DNA of 32,000 bases from Methanothermobacter thermautotrophicus str. Delta H. Lineage in GTDB: Archaea; Methanobacteriota; Methanobacteria; Methanobacteriales; Methanothermobacteraceae. Both the position numbers and the translations under genes were made by a program. Positions 8,080 to 18,607 of the stretch are shown here, in pieces; the first letter of the stretch is position 1, and each line of letters opens with the position of its first letter. The DNA is taken from positions 1,050,001-1,082,000 of the forward strand of contig NC_000916.1 in NCBI RefSeq assembly GCF_000008645.1, read 5' to 3'. The notes beneath the pieces were generated by a model that ran no database searches, was not told the origin of the DNA, and worked only from the letters and a program-made list of their open reading frames with translations.

Positions 8080-8770
8080 AATAGACTCCCTTATCGAATT
8101 GATGGATAGGGTTGCCCCCCCTGAACTTGCCCTCCCGGGTGACCGGATAGGATACCATGGCCCTGAAATCGAGGTTGAAGCTGTCCTCGTCCTCATGGAT
8201 TACCTTGAGGATGTCGCTGTGGATGGCTACGACCTCCTGGTCCTCCACCACCCCCCTGAGGTTGAACCCCCCATCCCCTACCTCACAGTCCACTCCAACT
8301 GGGACGTTGCCGATGGAGGTGCCTGTGACGCCCTGGCAGATGCCCTGGGACTGGATGTTGAATCATTCCTTGACCCTGATACAGGTGTCGACCGCATATG
8401 TAGGGCTGATCTATCCCTTGAAGAGCTCCTCGAAAGAACAGGGGTTCTTAATCCTGAGACCCTGCGGGTTGTTAATCCCCGTGAATACGTGGACAGGGTC
8501 GCTGTGGTTTCTGGCTTTGGACTCTCAGATAAATCACTCATAATGAGGGCCTGGAGTGAGGGTGTATCGGCGTACCTTTCAGGTGACCTCACCCATGGAC
8601 CCGCCATCCTCGGGAGGAACATGGACCTGACACTCATAGATGCAGGTCACCATGCGACCGAGATGCCCGGTCTCCACAGACTCCGTGAGGTCATTGAGGA
8701 TTTCGGGGTCATGGCGGAACTCCTGGATACTGGCACCCCCTGGAGTGAGTACAGGGCCGCCTACATTTAG
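8066..8770 (+). CDS. hcgD: HcgD, Nif3/NGG1p-interacting factor 3-like protein
   Basis: GTG start overlapping hcgC; MITIRIDSLIELMDRVAPPELALPGDRIGYHGPEIEVEAVLV...LVLHHPP...VYLSGDLTHG; Nif3-family metal-site features. Confidence 0.9.
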   Translation: MITIRIDSLIELMDRVAPPELALPGDRIGYHGPEIEVEAVLVLMDYLEDVAVDGYDLLVLHHPPEVEPPIPYLTVHSNWDVADGGACDALADALGLDVESFLDPDTGVDRICRADLSLEELLERTGVLNPETLRVVNPREYVDRVAVVSGFGLSDKSLIMRAWSEGVSAYLSGDLTHGPAILGRNMDLTLIDAGHHATEMPGLHRLREVIEDFGVMAELLDTGTPWSEYRAAYI

Positions 8771-8808
8771 GTACATGGAACGCATGAACTTAAGGGAAAG
8801 AGCAGAAA

Positions 8809-9462
8809 ATGGCGGTGATATTATTGGAGATCTCTGAACTTGAAGGGAAAAAGGCCCCCCGTGGTGAGGTAACCCTCGTTGGTGCCGGCAGGCTGGGGCT
8901 TCGAACAGCCCTCAACCTCATGCAGATACACAGGGGAGGCCCCGAGAGGATAAATGTGATTGATGGTCAGCGTGTATCTGCCGATGACCTCATATTCCGC
9001 CTCATGGGTGCCACGCCCGGGGAGTACAAGGTGAAGTTCATTGAATCACTTGCAACCCCTGGCTTCTCAAGGACGGTGAGGGGCATCCCCGAGTACATAG
9101 ACCGGGACAACCTCCACCTCCTCAGGGGAGATGTTGTCTGTGTTGAGATTGCAGGTGGTGATACCCTGCCTGTGACTGCAGAGATAATAAAGTACGCCCA
9201 GAAAAGGGGTTCCGCCACCATCAGCACCATGGGAGTTTTCGGGATAGGTGAGGAGGAGGTGAATGCCATCAGTATAGAGGAGGCTGATCCCGGGAACCCC
9301 ATAGTGGAGTACCTCCTTGATGAGGGCGTCACTGACCACCTGCTTGTAGGGACCGGGAAACTGATAAGGGACTGGGAGCCAGTAACCCCGTACGTCCTTG
9401 ACCGTGTATCGGAGGTTATGACTGCAGAGATACTCAAACTCCTCAGGAGGAAACTCGGATGA
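8809..9462 (+). CDS. hcgE: HcgE, ThiF/E1-like adenylyltransferase
   Basis: MAVILLEISELEGKKAPRGEVTLVGAGRLGLRTALNLMQIHRGGPERINVIDGQRVSADDLIFRLMG; ThiF-like nucleotide-binding N-terminus. Confidence 0.9.
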   Translation: MAVILLEISELEGKKAPRGEVTLVGAGRLGLRTALNLMQIHRGGPERINVIDGQRVSADDLIFRLMGATPGEYKVKFIESLATPGFSRTVRGIPEYIDRDNLHLLRGDVVCVEIAGGDTLPVTAEIIKYAQKRGSATISTMGVFGIGEEEVNAISIEEADPGNPIVEYLLDEGVTDHLLVGTGKLIRDWEPVTPYVLDRVSEVMTAEILKLLRRKLG

Positions 9463-9932
9463 TAAGGGTTGCGACTGCTGAGTGCTTCACCCATGGATTC
9501 GTTGCAAGGGAGATACACGCCTACTCCATGGGCTACCCTGGAGGCTACAGCTGGAGTGTGGACTCAGATGTGGTGCTGGTGGCAGGTCTCTTCATACCAA
9601 CCCTCTCAGGTATAAGGAGCATCCTCAAATTTGAACCCCCTGAACCCTCAGCCACCCTGAATGACATCAAGGTCTACACTGAAGAGGAGGATGAGAGGGT
9701 GGCCCTCATGATGGCAAGATCCGTGAGGGAGCTCACCTCAGCAGATCTGGGTATAGGTACGACCGCAGGTATCGGAAGGGGCGGCATTGCAGTTGTCTCA
9801 GAAAACAGGGAGGAGGTCATAAACTCCGATGTTGAAGCGGACCTCAGGTTCTCAGGGGCTGAAGAGATCCTCATGAGACAGAGATCCGGTATACGGTGCG
9901 CACTTGAACTCCTTGAATCCTTCCTAGAATAG
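9459..9932 (+). CDS. hcgF: HcgF, [Fe]-hydrogenase cofactor biosynthesis protein
   Basis: 157 aa MIRVATAECFTHGFVAREIHAYSMGYPGGYSWSVDSDVVLVAGLFIPTLSG...; starts in a 4-nt ATGA overlap with hcgE. Confidence 0.88.
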   Translation: MIRVATAECFTHGFVAREIHAYSMGYPGGYSWSVDSDVVLVAGLFIPTLSGIRSILKFEPPEPSATLNDIKVYTEEEDERVALMMARSVRELTSADLGIGTTAGIGRGGIAVVSENREEVINSDVEADLRFSGAEEILMRQRSGIRCALELLESFLE

Positions 9933-10004
9933 GATTGGCATAGGAATCTATTTATTGTATCCTACGAATAATTTATTAAAAGGAAGAAATAGGTGGTGGT
10001 TTAA

Positions 10005-10760
10005 CTGCTTCTTGAAATAACCGACCTTGCGGTTGAGGTTAGCGGAAAACAGGTCCTCAAGGACATAGACCTCTACATCGATAGGGGAGAGACACATGTC
10101 CTTCTCGGACCCAACGGTTCAGGTAAGAGCACCCTCTTCATGACGATTCTGGGTTTTCCAAAGTACAGGGTTACAAATGGTCAGATAATCTTCAAGGGTG
10201 AGGATATAACCGATCTGAGCACAACAGAGCGTGTGAGGATGGGTATAGGTGTCAGCTTCCAGAACCCCCCAGCAATAAGGGGTGTGAAGCTCATGGACCT
10301 CCTCAAGGTTGAATCTGGTCTGGAAACAGAGGACGAACTGACACCCGAGCTGCGGGGACTTGCAGCCAAGATGAAGTTCGATGAGAGCTTCCTTGAGAGG
10401 GATGTGAACCTTGGATTCTCAGGTGGTGAGGTTAAGAGATCCGAGATCCTCCAGTTACTGGCCCAGAAACCTGACTTCATAATGTTCGATGAACCGGATT
10501 CCGGTGTTGACATTGAGAATGTGGAGCTCCTGGCGGAGGAGATCAACGTGCTCCTTGACAAGGACAAGAAACCTGGTCTGAGGAAGAAGGCAGGGCTCCT
10601 AATAACCCACCTGGGATACATACTGAACTTTGTAAGCGCCGATACCGCCCATGTGCTCATGGATGGCAGGATAGCATGTTCAGGGAATCCACAGGAGATA
10701 ATTGAGGATATAAGGAAGGATGGATTCAAGGGGTGTGTTGAATGCTGCGGGATACACTGA
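10005..10760 (+). CDS. sufC: SufC-like Fe-S assembly ABC ATPase, likely translated from a CTG codon
   Basis: In-frame translation upstream of the listed ORF gives (M)LLEITDLAVEVSGKQVLKDIDLYIDRGETHVLLGPNGSGKSTLFMTILGFPKY...; Walker A lies before the first ATG (10140). In-frame TAA at 10002-10004, SD-like AGGTGGTG at 9991-9998. Confidence 0.88.
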   Translation: MLLEITDLAVEVSGKQVLKDIDLYIDRGETHVLLGPNGSGKSTLFMTILGFPKYRVTNGQIIFKGEDITDLSTTERVRMGIGVSFQNPPAIRGVKLMDLLKVESGLETEDELTPELRGLAAKMKFDESFLERDVNLGFSGGEVKRSEILQLLAQKPDFIMFDEPDSGVDIENVELLAEEINVLLDKDKKPGLRKKAGLLITHLGYILNFVSADTAHVLMDGRIACSGNPQEIIEDIRKDGFKGCVECCGIH

Positions 10761-11974
10761 AGAAGGCTGAGAAGGCCAGGGAAAAGAAGGCCCTCTACGG
10801 TGAGGACATCGACCTTGAAAAATTCATAAAGGAGGAAGCCGGTGAACACGAGGAGGTGACGAGGGCCAAGGAGGTCCCCAAGGAGGTCCAGGAGACACTC
10901 CTGAGGGTCGGTGTTGACCCTGAGGAGAGGGAAAGGGCAGGTACCTTCATACAGGTTGATCAGTCAGGCATCTGCACAACCTGCGCCTCCGAGTCAATAG
11001 AAATCATGGGAATGAATGTCGCCCTCGATAAGTACAGCTGGCTGAAGGATTACATGTGGAAGGCAGTTGCCGTTGACACCGACAAGTACACCGCCACCAC
11101 AGCCCTCAGGGAGGCTGAGGGTGAAATGGGTGGTTACTTCATAAGGTCAAAGCCGGGTGCACGTGAGGTGTTCCCCCTACAGGCCTGTATGTTCATAGGT
11201 GATGAGAGGGTTATGCAGACAGCCCATAACATCGTAATAGCTGAGGAGAACTCTGAACTTCACATAATCACAGGCTGTGCAACAGGAGAGGATGTGAGCT
11301 CAGCCCTCCATGTGGGTGTATCCGAGTTCTACCTCAAGAAGGGTGCCAGGATAACCTTCACCATGGTCCACAACTGGGCAGAGCAGGTTGAGGTGCGCCC
11401 CAGGACCGGTATAATGGTTGGTGATGACGCCACCTACATAAACAACTACATACTGACAAGCCCCGTGAAGAGCATCCAGTCCTATCCAACAGCCTACTGT
11501 ACCGGTGAGAACTCAAGGGTCGTCTTCCAGTCCATCCTTGGTGGTCAGAAGGACTCTGTGCTTGACATGGGCTCAAGGGTCATACTTGAGGGCAGGGGAT
11601 CCAGTGCCGAGATGGTCTCACGTGCTGTCTCCAAGGACTCATCACAGATATATTCAAGGGGTCACCTTGCGGGGCGGGTCCCTGAGGTTAAGGGTCACCT
11701 TGAATGCCACGGTCTTGTGCTCTCAGATGACTCAATGATATACGCTGTCCCTGAACTTGAGGGTAGCGCCACTGAACTCGAGATGTCCCATGAGGCCGCT
11801 GTCGGTAAGATAGCCGAGGAGGAGGTCATGTACCTCACCTCAAGGGGTCTTACCGAGGAGGAGGCAGCATCCATGATTGTGAGGGGCTTCCTGAGTATGG
11901 ATATAACCGGCCTTCCACCCGAACTTGCGGCTGAAACCAAGAGAATGCTGGATATGAGCCTCAAGGGCATGTAA
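10742..11974 (+). CDS. sufB: SufB/SufD-like Fe-S cluster scaffold protein (410 aa)
   Basis: ...VEVRPRTGIMVGDDATYINNYILTSPVKSIQSYPTAYC...VILEGRGSSAEMVSRAVSKDSSQIYSRGHLAGRVPEVKGHLECHGLVLSDDS...; SUF core domain. Confidence 0.92.
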   Translation: MLRDTLKKAEKAREKKALYGEDIDLEKFIKEEAGEHEEVTRAKEVPKEVQETLLRVGVDPEERERAGTFIQVDQSGICTTCASESIEIMGMNVALDKYSWLKDYMWKAVAVDTDKYTATTALREAEGEMGGYFIRSKPGAREVFPLQACMFIGDERVMQTAHNIVIAEENSELHIITGCATGEDVSSALHVGVSEFYLKKGARITFTMVHNWAEQVEVRPRTGIMVGDDATYINNYILTSPVKSIQSYPTAYCTGENSRVVFQSILGGQKDSVLDMGSRVILEGRGSSAEMVSRAVSKDSSQIYSRGHLAGRVPEVKGHLECHGLVLSDDSMIYAVPELEGSATELEMSHEAAVGKIAEEEVMYLTSRGLTEEEAASMIVRGFLSMDITGLPPELAAETKRMLDMSLKGM

Positions 11975-12087
11975 ATCCAGCGAATTTTTTTATTTTTGGG
12001 TAATCCTGGAACTTCTTTAACTGAAAGAAAGTACAAGCCTCTACTCTGAGGATATAACCCGGAAAGGATAATTAGAGGAAAAAATAG

Positions 12088-12363
12088 TTATTCTGCGATT
12101 ATTATGAATTCACCGACCTTTTCAACCTTCCCGAATGGTACCAGGAGGTAGTCGCCCTTCTTCTTGGCCCCCTTGACTGTCACGTTTCTACCGCTGTCCA
12201 CCTTGATAACCACGTCGGTTATCTTACCTGTTTTATCGTTGATTATGAGTTCTTCAAGCTCCCCCAGGATGCGTGCATTGTTGGTGGCGACCTGGTATCC
12301 CTTTATCTCACTCCAGTACTTCTCTTCCCCTTTTATGAGCTTCTTCTCTTCCATCAATCTCAC
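12088..12363 (-). CDS. PRC-barrel domain protein
   Basis: MRLMEEKKLIKGEEKYWSEIKGYQVATNNARILGELEELIINDKTGKITDVVIKVDSGRNVTVKGAKKKGDYLLVPFGKVEKVGEFIIIAE. Confidence 0.8.
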   Translation of the reverse strand: MRLMEEKKLIKGEEKYWSEIKGYQVATNNARILGELEELIINDKTGKITDVVIKVDSGRNVTVKGAKKKGDYLLVPFGKVEKVGEFIIIAE

Positions 12364-12949
12364 CTAAAATCTTCTCCAGAACCTTCAAATCCCTGCAGCT
12401 ATTTATGTTAACCGCGAGCTCCAGCATGGAAGCCTCAAGGATCCTCTGTTCTTGTACTCTGTTTTTACTCATTAATATATTTACCCCGCAGGGTACTAAT
12501 CCATCCAGGGACCCTGAAAAATCAAGTCCATGCCTTCTGCACAGGTCATCTGGTACTGCGACACACATGGCAGGTTCCGGGCATGAATGGTAGCTGGATA
12601 TTATCCAGTCAATGGTTGATGGCCTCACAAGTGGGAGGTCAGAGTTGATGACAAGGAGGGGCTCATGGTATGATTCCTCAAGGTGTGAGAGAACCTCCCT
12701 GAGATCCTCCACATAACCTCCGCCCGATGCTCTGAATATGGGGTGTCTTCCCCTAACATGATCCTCTGTCATGGGGGTGTGTGGGCTTGTTACCACGATT
12801 ATCCCATCAACACCGGTGGCAGACTCCAGGGCCTCGAGGACATGGTCTATCATGGGTCGTCCTGCTACCTCAAGGAGGGGCTTTTCACAGTCGATAGCTA
12901 GCCTTGTGCCCCTTCCACCGGCCATTACAAGTGCCATCATCCTATTCAA
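12308..12949 (-). CDS. cobY: CobY-type adenosylcobinamide-phosphate guanylyltransferase
   Basis: MNRMMALVMAGGRGTRLAIDCEKPLLEVAGRPMIDHVLEALE; NTP-transferase fold typical of archaeal CobY. Confidence 0.85.
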   Translation of the reverse strand: MNRMMALVMAGGRGTRLAIDCEKPLLEVAGRPMIDHVLEALESATGVDGIIVVTSPHTPMTEDHVRGRHPIFRASGGGYVEDLREVLSHLEESYHEPLLVINSDLPLVRPSTIDWIISSYHSCPEPAMCVAVPDDLCRRHGLDFSGSLDGLVPCGVNILMSKNRVQEQRILEASMLELAVNINSCRDLKVLEKILGEIDGREEAHKRGREVLE

Positions 12950-14426
12950 TCCATTTATCTTCCTTTCTTGACTGCAACTTTCTCCTCATTCCGAGGATGC
13001 ACGGGCCGTTCTGCCTTCCTCCCAGGGGCTTGTGGGGTGTCCCCATGGAGTTCATGCACCTTGCCATGACCGCTGCACCCATGGCCAGGGCATCTGAGAC
13101 AAATATACAGTCCCTGAAGCGGTCCTTCACATATTCAAGTATTAGACTGGGCTTTGTGCCTGTGATTCCGGCCCTGCCTGTGACACCGAGGACCGAACCC
13201 TCCTCAATGACACCCTCCTCGAAGGCCTCATCTATGAGCCTCTTTGCTATGAGTGCGCTGACATGGTCCAGTGTTGCAAAGAGGGTGTGTATACCATCCT
13301 CCTGGTATATGCTGTGGCCGATTTCTGTTAGTTCAGGGAGCTTATCACCATTTTTACCTGCGTCACATCCTATGAGTGTGGTGCCTGCGCTGTAGGCGGC
13401 CTCTGTATCCACGGGGACCGTTCCGAATCTTTTTCTGTTTGCAGGGACCTTCCGGATGTCGATTATTTCATCATGTATCCTCTCGGCATGCCTCCTGGCC
13501 TTCTTCCAGTTGGCCCCCTTGAGGATGGATTTCTTGTAGAGGTCAAGTGCTGCTCCGCCCCTGCAGTCCACCATCTCGGTACCCCTGATTATGGCGTCCG
13601 GTATTGCGCCTGCAAGTCCGCAGAAGTTCCCGACGGTCCTTGCGTAGGGTTCATCCGCATTGACTATTCGGCCTGCCAGGGTTGTTCCAAAGTCCAGGGA
13701 GACGCAGGGGTTCCTGTAGTCCACATTTGTCCACTTTGAACCGACCTTGATGCCTGCTGTTACAAGTTCTCCCTCCATCTCGTTTGCAACAACCTCCCTG
13801 CCCGTCGGAGGTATAACGCTTGCCACTGCACCGTCGAATATTACACGGTCGAGGTAGCAGAATTCTCTGAGGCGTTCGGGGATGTTTTCCTTTGAGAGGG
13901 CGGGCGCCATCTTCCTGGGGGGTATACCTGCTGCAAGGCAGCCGTCTGCCAGGGCTATTATGAGTTTACCCACCTCCTCGGGTGACCCGAAACCTGCTGT
14001 TACACCGGTGGATCTTACAACAAAGTCGAGGTCCCTTTCAATGTCAACCTTCGCCCTTCTGAGGGATTCAAGTATCGTGTCTCTTACGAGTTCAGAGACA
14101 GCCTCCTTTGTGAGCTCAACACCCCAGACTGTCTTGCCAAAGACCTCCTCTCTCTCCCGTGGGGGTCTTATGTCACGGGTCATCTTGACGGTCTTGTCAA
14201 GGAGGTAGGTCCTGCTGGTGTTGAGGTTGGTGGCTGTGAGAATGCACTTTGTTGTTGTGTTGCCGAGCTCCACTGAGGCAACAATGTAGTATACATCCGG
14301 GCGCATTGAGTAACCTGACCCCACCGTCTTCTTGGTAAAGGGTGCTGTTTTAGTATCCTCTATTGTTATGAATCTGCTTTTTGCTATAATGGGCTTGGGA
14401 CCGAATAATCTGCTCAAAAATGACAA
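12942..14426 (-). CDS. Methanogenesis marker protein 14-like (predicted ATPase/ASKHA-like)
   Basis: Start refined to TTG at 14426 (GGGGGTAATCA-TTG; MSFLSRLFGPKPIIAKSRFITIEDTKTAPF...); contains VASVELGNTTTKCILTATNL...CVSLDFGTTLAGRI. Confidence 0.8.
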   Translation of the reverse strand: MSFLSRLFGPKPIIAKSRFITIEDTKTAPFTKKTVGSGYSMRPDVYYIVASVELGNTTTKCILTATNLNTSRTYLLDKTVKMTRDIRPPREREEVFGKTVWGVELTKEAVSELVRDTILESLRRAKVDIERDLDFVVRSTGVTAGFGSPEEVGKLIIALADGCLAAGIPPRKMAPALSKENIPERLREFCYLDRVIFDGAVASVIPPTGREVVANEMEGELVTAGIKVGSKWTNVDYRNPCVSLDFGTTLAGRIVNADEPYARTVGNFCGLAGAIPDAIIRGTEMVDCRGGAALDLYKKSILKGANWKKARRHAERIHDEIIDIRKVPANRKRFGTVPVDTEAAYSAGTTLIGCDAGKNGDKLPELTEIGHSIYQEDGIHTLFATLDHVSALIAKRLIDEAFEEGVIEEGSVLGVTGRAGITGTKPSLILEYVKDRFRDCIFVSDALAMGAAVMARCMNSMGTPHKPLGGRQNGPCILGMRRKLQSRKEDKWIE

Positions 14427-14562
14427 ATGATTACCCCCTGATTTAATGTAATATTGTATCTGGGGAGTTAATATAAATCTTATGAATAGGGTCAGATGAA
14501 AAAGAATAAAAGGTTTAAAGGGGATCTTCACCCGAGAAAGTCTGGTGGGTGAGGGTTTGTTG

Positions 14563-15003
14563 TTAGACTGTCCTCACCAGGTGAATTGTGCAGGGTGCGT
14601 AGTGTACCACCTTCTCTGATACACTTCCAAGGAGGTGTTTGTCAACCAGGCTCTTACCTGTACCCATCACTATGACGTCGACATCCTCCTCCTCTGCAAC
14701 TTTAACTATCTCATCTGCAGGGTCACCCTCACGCATAACGGCCCTGAAACTGACATTGGGGTTTTCTGGGCCTGTTAGTCCCTTTTCCATGTCCCTCAGT
14801 ATCTCATTACCCCTCTGGGTCAGCTCCTTAACCATCATCTCCTTGACTTTCTTGGGTGTGAGGAATGGTACCGCCGTGTCAACCACGTATAGACATATGA
14901 CCTCTGCTTCCCTCCCATGGAGGAGGTCGAGGGTGTGCTCTATGAGTTCATCCATGTATTCTCCCATTGTTGGAACCAGAATTTTCCTGTACATTTCAAT
15001 CAC
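14563..15003 (-). CDS. Universal stress protein (UspA family)
   Basis: [28 protein letters not shown]...[36 protein letters not shown]; GTGA overlap with the upstream gene. Confidence 0.9.
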   Translation of the reverse strand: MIEMYRKILVPTMGEYMDELIEHTLDLLHGREAEVICLYVVDTAVPFLTPKKVKEMMVKELTQRGNEILRDMEKGLTGPENPNVSFRAVMREGDPADEIVKVAEEEDVDVIVMGTGKSLVDKHLLGSVSEKVVHYAPCTIHLVRTV

Positions 15004-15992
15004 GCCAGTACAAAAAGTCTCATAATAACATATGATATGTACACTGCAAGTAAAACTATGCCGCCAGTCCTCTTAAGTTTCATGTCCCCTTGCCTTATAA
15101 GGAGGACAAGGAGCACAGTGACAAGTATCATCACCGGTGCATCAAAGGTGAGGGACAGTCTCTCGACGGGTACAGGTGCTATGAGGGCCGGTACACCTAT
15201 GCCCACAAGTATGTTGAAGGTGTTGCTTCCAAGGACTGTGCCTATTGAGAGTTCATGGAGTCCCTTCACCGCAGATGACAGTGTGACCACGAGTTCCGGT
15301 ATACTGGTGCCTATGGCCAGTGTGAAGAGTCCCATTATCATGGCAGGTATTCCTGCGATGTCTGCCAGTTCAACTCCGGTGTACACAAGTATCCGGCAGC
15401 CTATAACAAGACCTGCAAATCCCACGACTGTGAGGGCAAGCTTTTTTAGGTCAAGGGGTTCTCTTTCATTTTTACCTGAATTTTCATCTGAATAGGTCTT
15501 CTGGGCCTTTATGAGGCGCCAGAGATAAACAGCATAGGTTAGGACCATTACAAGTGCTGCAATTTTACCTATATTTCCGAAGAACATGAAAAATAGAAGA
15601 ATCAGACCCGTTACAAGGGTTGCGCTGAAATCCCTCTTAAGACCGTCGGCGTTGGTCTCTATGATCCCAGCCACCACAGAGGATATCCCCAGGATCCCTG
15701 CAATGTTCCATATGTTTGAGCCTATAACACATCCCACCCCTATATCTGTACTCCCGGACAGGGATGCTATGAGGGCTGAACCGAATTCAGGGAGGGATGT
15801 CCCGATGGCAGATGCAGTAACACCGAGTATGACCTCAGATATCCCCAGGGAGGATCCAAGGTCAACCAGGTTATCAACGAATAGATCCGCAGATTTTATA
15901 ACCAGTATCAAGGAGGCCACAAGGCCCACTATGAGAATCAATACCCTTTCAAGCAAGTTATCACCACTGAAGAATTTCTTCAATACCCTCAA
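15000..15992 (-). CDS. Na+/Ca2+ exchanger (CaCA) family protein, 330 aa
   Basis: Two-repeat membrane protein with [16 protein letters not shown]-type ([16 protein letters not shown]) and [16 protein letters not shown] alpha-repeat motifs. Confidence 0.9.
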   Translation of the reverse strand: MRVLKKFFSGDNLLERVLILIVGLVASLILVIKSADLFVDNLVDLGSSLGISEVILGVTASAIGTSLPEFGSALIASLSGSTDIGVGCVIGSNIWNIAGILGISSVVAGIIETNADGLKRDFSATLVTGLILLFFMFFGNIGKIAALVMVLTYAVYLWRLIKAQKTYSDENSGKNEREPLDLKKLALTVVGFAGLVIGCRILVYTGVELADIAGIPAMIMGLFTLAIGTSIPELVVTLSSAVKGLHELSIGTVLGSNTFNILVGIGVPALIAPVPVERLSLTFDAPVMILVTVLLVLLIRQGDMKLKRTGGIVLLAVYISYVIMRLFVLA

Positions 15993-16136
15993 GACCAGTA
16001 TAATAATTGAATACTGGCACTTAAAAGTTTGTGTCGGAAATATGTTGCCGTTTTCTTGTATTTAAAGATTGTTATAATAAAAATGAACATTTTAGTATTA
16101 AAGATGTTGAAAAAAAATTAAATGGTTTAACTGCTC

Positions 16137-17069
16137 CTAGAGCAGTTTGAAGAATGGGTGATCTTCCACTGGCTCTGTGCCTATGTCCTTGGCTGCTTCA
16201 CTTATGAATATGTCAGCCATTGCACAGGCAGGGAAGGCCATTTTGGCGTTTTCTATTGGACCGTAGAGGACGAAGTCACCACCGGCCATCTGCTGGATCA
16301 GGTTGGATCCAACGTCACAGACAGGCCAGGCCTCCTTGTGGTCCTTCTTGTATTCACGTAGCCAGTCCCAGGCTGATGGCACGTTGTGTATACCACTACC
16401 AACAGGGTAACCCCATTTGCTCTTGACTGCAAAGGATGTCCTCACAGCCACACCGGCACCCTGACCGAGTGGTGTTACAGCCACGTCCATGAGGTACTTG
16501 TCGATACCACACTCAGCAGCCATTTCAAGAAGACCCTTGTCTATTGTGCCTGCACCGTCTTCCCAGATTCCAATCTTACCATCAACTGTGGGGTCCATTG
16601 GGTTGAATCCGAGGACAATTGAAGCTGAGAGTTTTGTTTCCTTGAGAGCCTCAAGTTCTGCCTCATCAGCGGCCATGTTGACTGAGTTGTAGATTGCCCT
16701 GTCCTCAAGTCCAACTTCACTGGCGTAGTTGGCACCTGCAATCCTTGCCTCACCGGATGTTGAGTCTATGAAGAATGGTGCGTCTGTCACATCACCCACA
16801 AATTCAAGATACTTGACAATTGCTTCTGGTGTCTGACCGAAGGTCTGGACGATGTGCGGGTTACCTGTGACATCAGACATCTCTTCCTGGGTCTTTATGA
16901 GGGCTTCTGCCTTGTCCTTGTCAAAGACACCTGCCTTCTCATCCTCGATGATGCTGTGTCCACCATAGAATATTGTTCCTGCTAAAACAGTTGGGTACTC
17001 TCCTGGCTGACCACCAATTTTGGTTCCAGCTATATCCAGTACGATCTGTTCCTTATCAAACCTAAACAT
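16137..17069 (-). CDS. mtrH: Tetrahydromethanopterin S-methyltransferase subunit H
   Basis: MFRFDKEQIVLDIAGTKIGGQPGEYPTVLAGTIFYGGHSIIEDEKAGVFDKDKAE... Confidence 0.98.
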   Translation of the reverse strand: MFRFDKEQIVLDIAGTKIGGQPGEYPTVLAGTIFYGGHSIIEDEKAGVFDKDKAEALIKTQEEMSDVTGNPHIVQTFGQTPEAIVKYLEFVGDVTDAPFFIDSTSGEARIAGANYASEVGLEDRAIYNSVNMAADEAELEALKETKLSASIVLGFNPMDPTVDGKIGIWEDGAGTIDKGLLEMAAECGIDKYLMDVAVTPLGQGAGVAVRTSFAVKSKWGYPVGSGIHNVPSAWDWLREYKKDHKEAWPVCDVGSNLIQQMAGGDFVLYGPIENAKMAFPACAMADIFISEAAKDIGTEPVEDHPFFKLL

Positions 17070-17084
17070 ATGTAAACCTCCAAG

Positions 17085-17551
<467 letters not shown>

Positions 17552-17563
17552 CTGGAAGCCTCC

Positions 17564-18280
17564 CTAGACCAGTAGCAGTATGCCCAGTGTCAGGGTGAAT
17601 GCAAGGCCTATCATTATACCCTGAACCTTACCTGAGTACATACCTGCGAACATTCTGTTGGTGGAACCTATCATTTTAACCTGTGTCTGGATGTTCCTCA
17701 TCCTGGCCTCGATGAGTGCTGTTTCTGGTGCCACAGGCTTGACTTCTTCGCCTTCCTCTTCTTCTCCGCCTTCTTCAACCTTTATGACCATTGCCTCTTC
17801 TTCAAATGCGCCTGGGTCCTTTTCAATGCACTCCTTGACCTTGGCTTTGATGGCGTCGGCGTCCTCAACGTCTATGAGGTTGACGATTTCCAGCTGTTTC
17901 TGGAACCTCTCAATACCCTCATCTGGTATGTTCTCTATGTAGGGAATGGCACCTGTTGCACCGATGATGTTCCTCTTATCAGGGTCCACACCGTTCTGGT
18001 GGAGGGCCTCAATACTCTGTCCTGTGATGTGTCCCTGGACCTCTGAACCGCAGAGTATAAGGAACCTGATGTTGGGGTTTGATATGAGGTTGGCGATCAT
18101 CTTTTCGATACCGAGGTTCTCTGTCTTGCATGGCCCTGCGATGGCAGCGCCGGCCTCCACTGGTACGTCTTCTATGTGTGAGGCAAGGGTGGTGGCAGCC
18201 ACAGGACTTTCGGGGTCACCCACGATGTAGTCCCCGTTGACCACAGGCCATCCTTCAGCAGGTGATTTCTTTTCAACCAC
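17564..18280 (-). CDS. mtrA: Tetrahydromethanopterin S-methyltransferase subunit A (corrinoid subunit)
   Basis: [40 protein letters not shown]...[22 protein letters not shown]; C-terminal TM anchor. Confidence 0.98.
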   Translation of the reverse strand: MVEKKSPAEGWPVVNGDYIVGDPESPVAATTLASHIEDVPVEAGAAIAGPCKTENLGIEKMIANLISNPNIRFLILCGSEVQGHITGQSIEALHQNGVDPDKRNIIGATGAIPYIENIPDEGIERFQKQLEIVNLIDVEDADAIKAKVKECIEKDPGAFEEEAMVIKVEEGGEEEEGEEVKPVAPETALIEARMRNIQTQVKMIGSTNRMFAGMYSGKVQGIMIGLAFTLTLGILLLV

Positions 18281-18292
18281 TCATAACACCTC

Positions 18293-18595
18293 CTATAAGA
18301 GCAGGGCAAACAGGATGATCAGACCAAGAATGAACCCGTAAACCATGTTGGTGAGTTTACCTGCTGTGAGGTACACTCCCTCCCTTCCAGGATAGGAATC
18401 CAGTGGGGTGGTTGTTGGGTCCAGTGAGTTAATCAGATCATCTGCTGTAGCCTCTAATTCTGCTATCTGTTCGTTTATCTCATCCATGGATAATATTATA
18501 ACTTCCCTTCCGAGAGCAGCCCCTATCATACCGGTGGAAGGATCAAGGGTCAGGTTGTATTCCGGAGCGATCTTAACAAGTGGTAACATTTCCAT
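18293..18595 (-). CDS. mtrB: Tetrahydromethanopterin S-methyltransferase subunit B
   Basis: 100 aa [29 protein letters not shown]... Confidence 0.96.
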
Positions 18596-18607
18596 TTTTA
18601 AAGCCTC

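Noticed and set aside
10140-10760. SufC start at ATG 10140
   Set aside because: It would remove the Walker A motif encoded at about 10098-10125, giving a non-functional ATPase.
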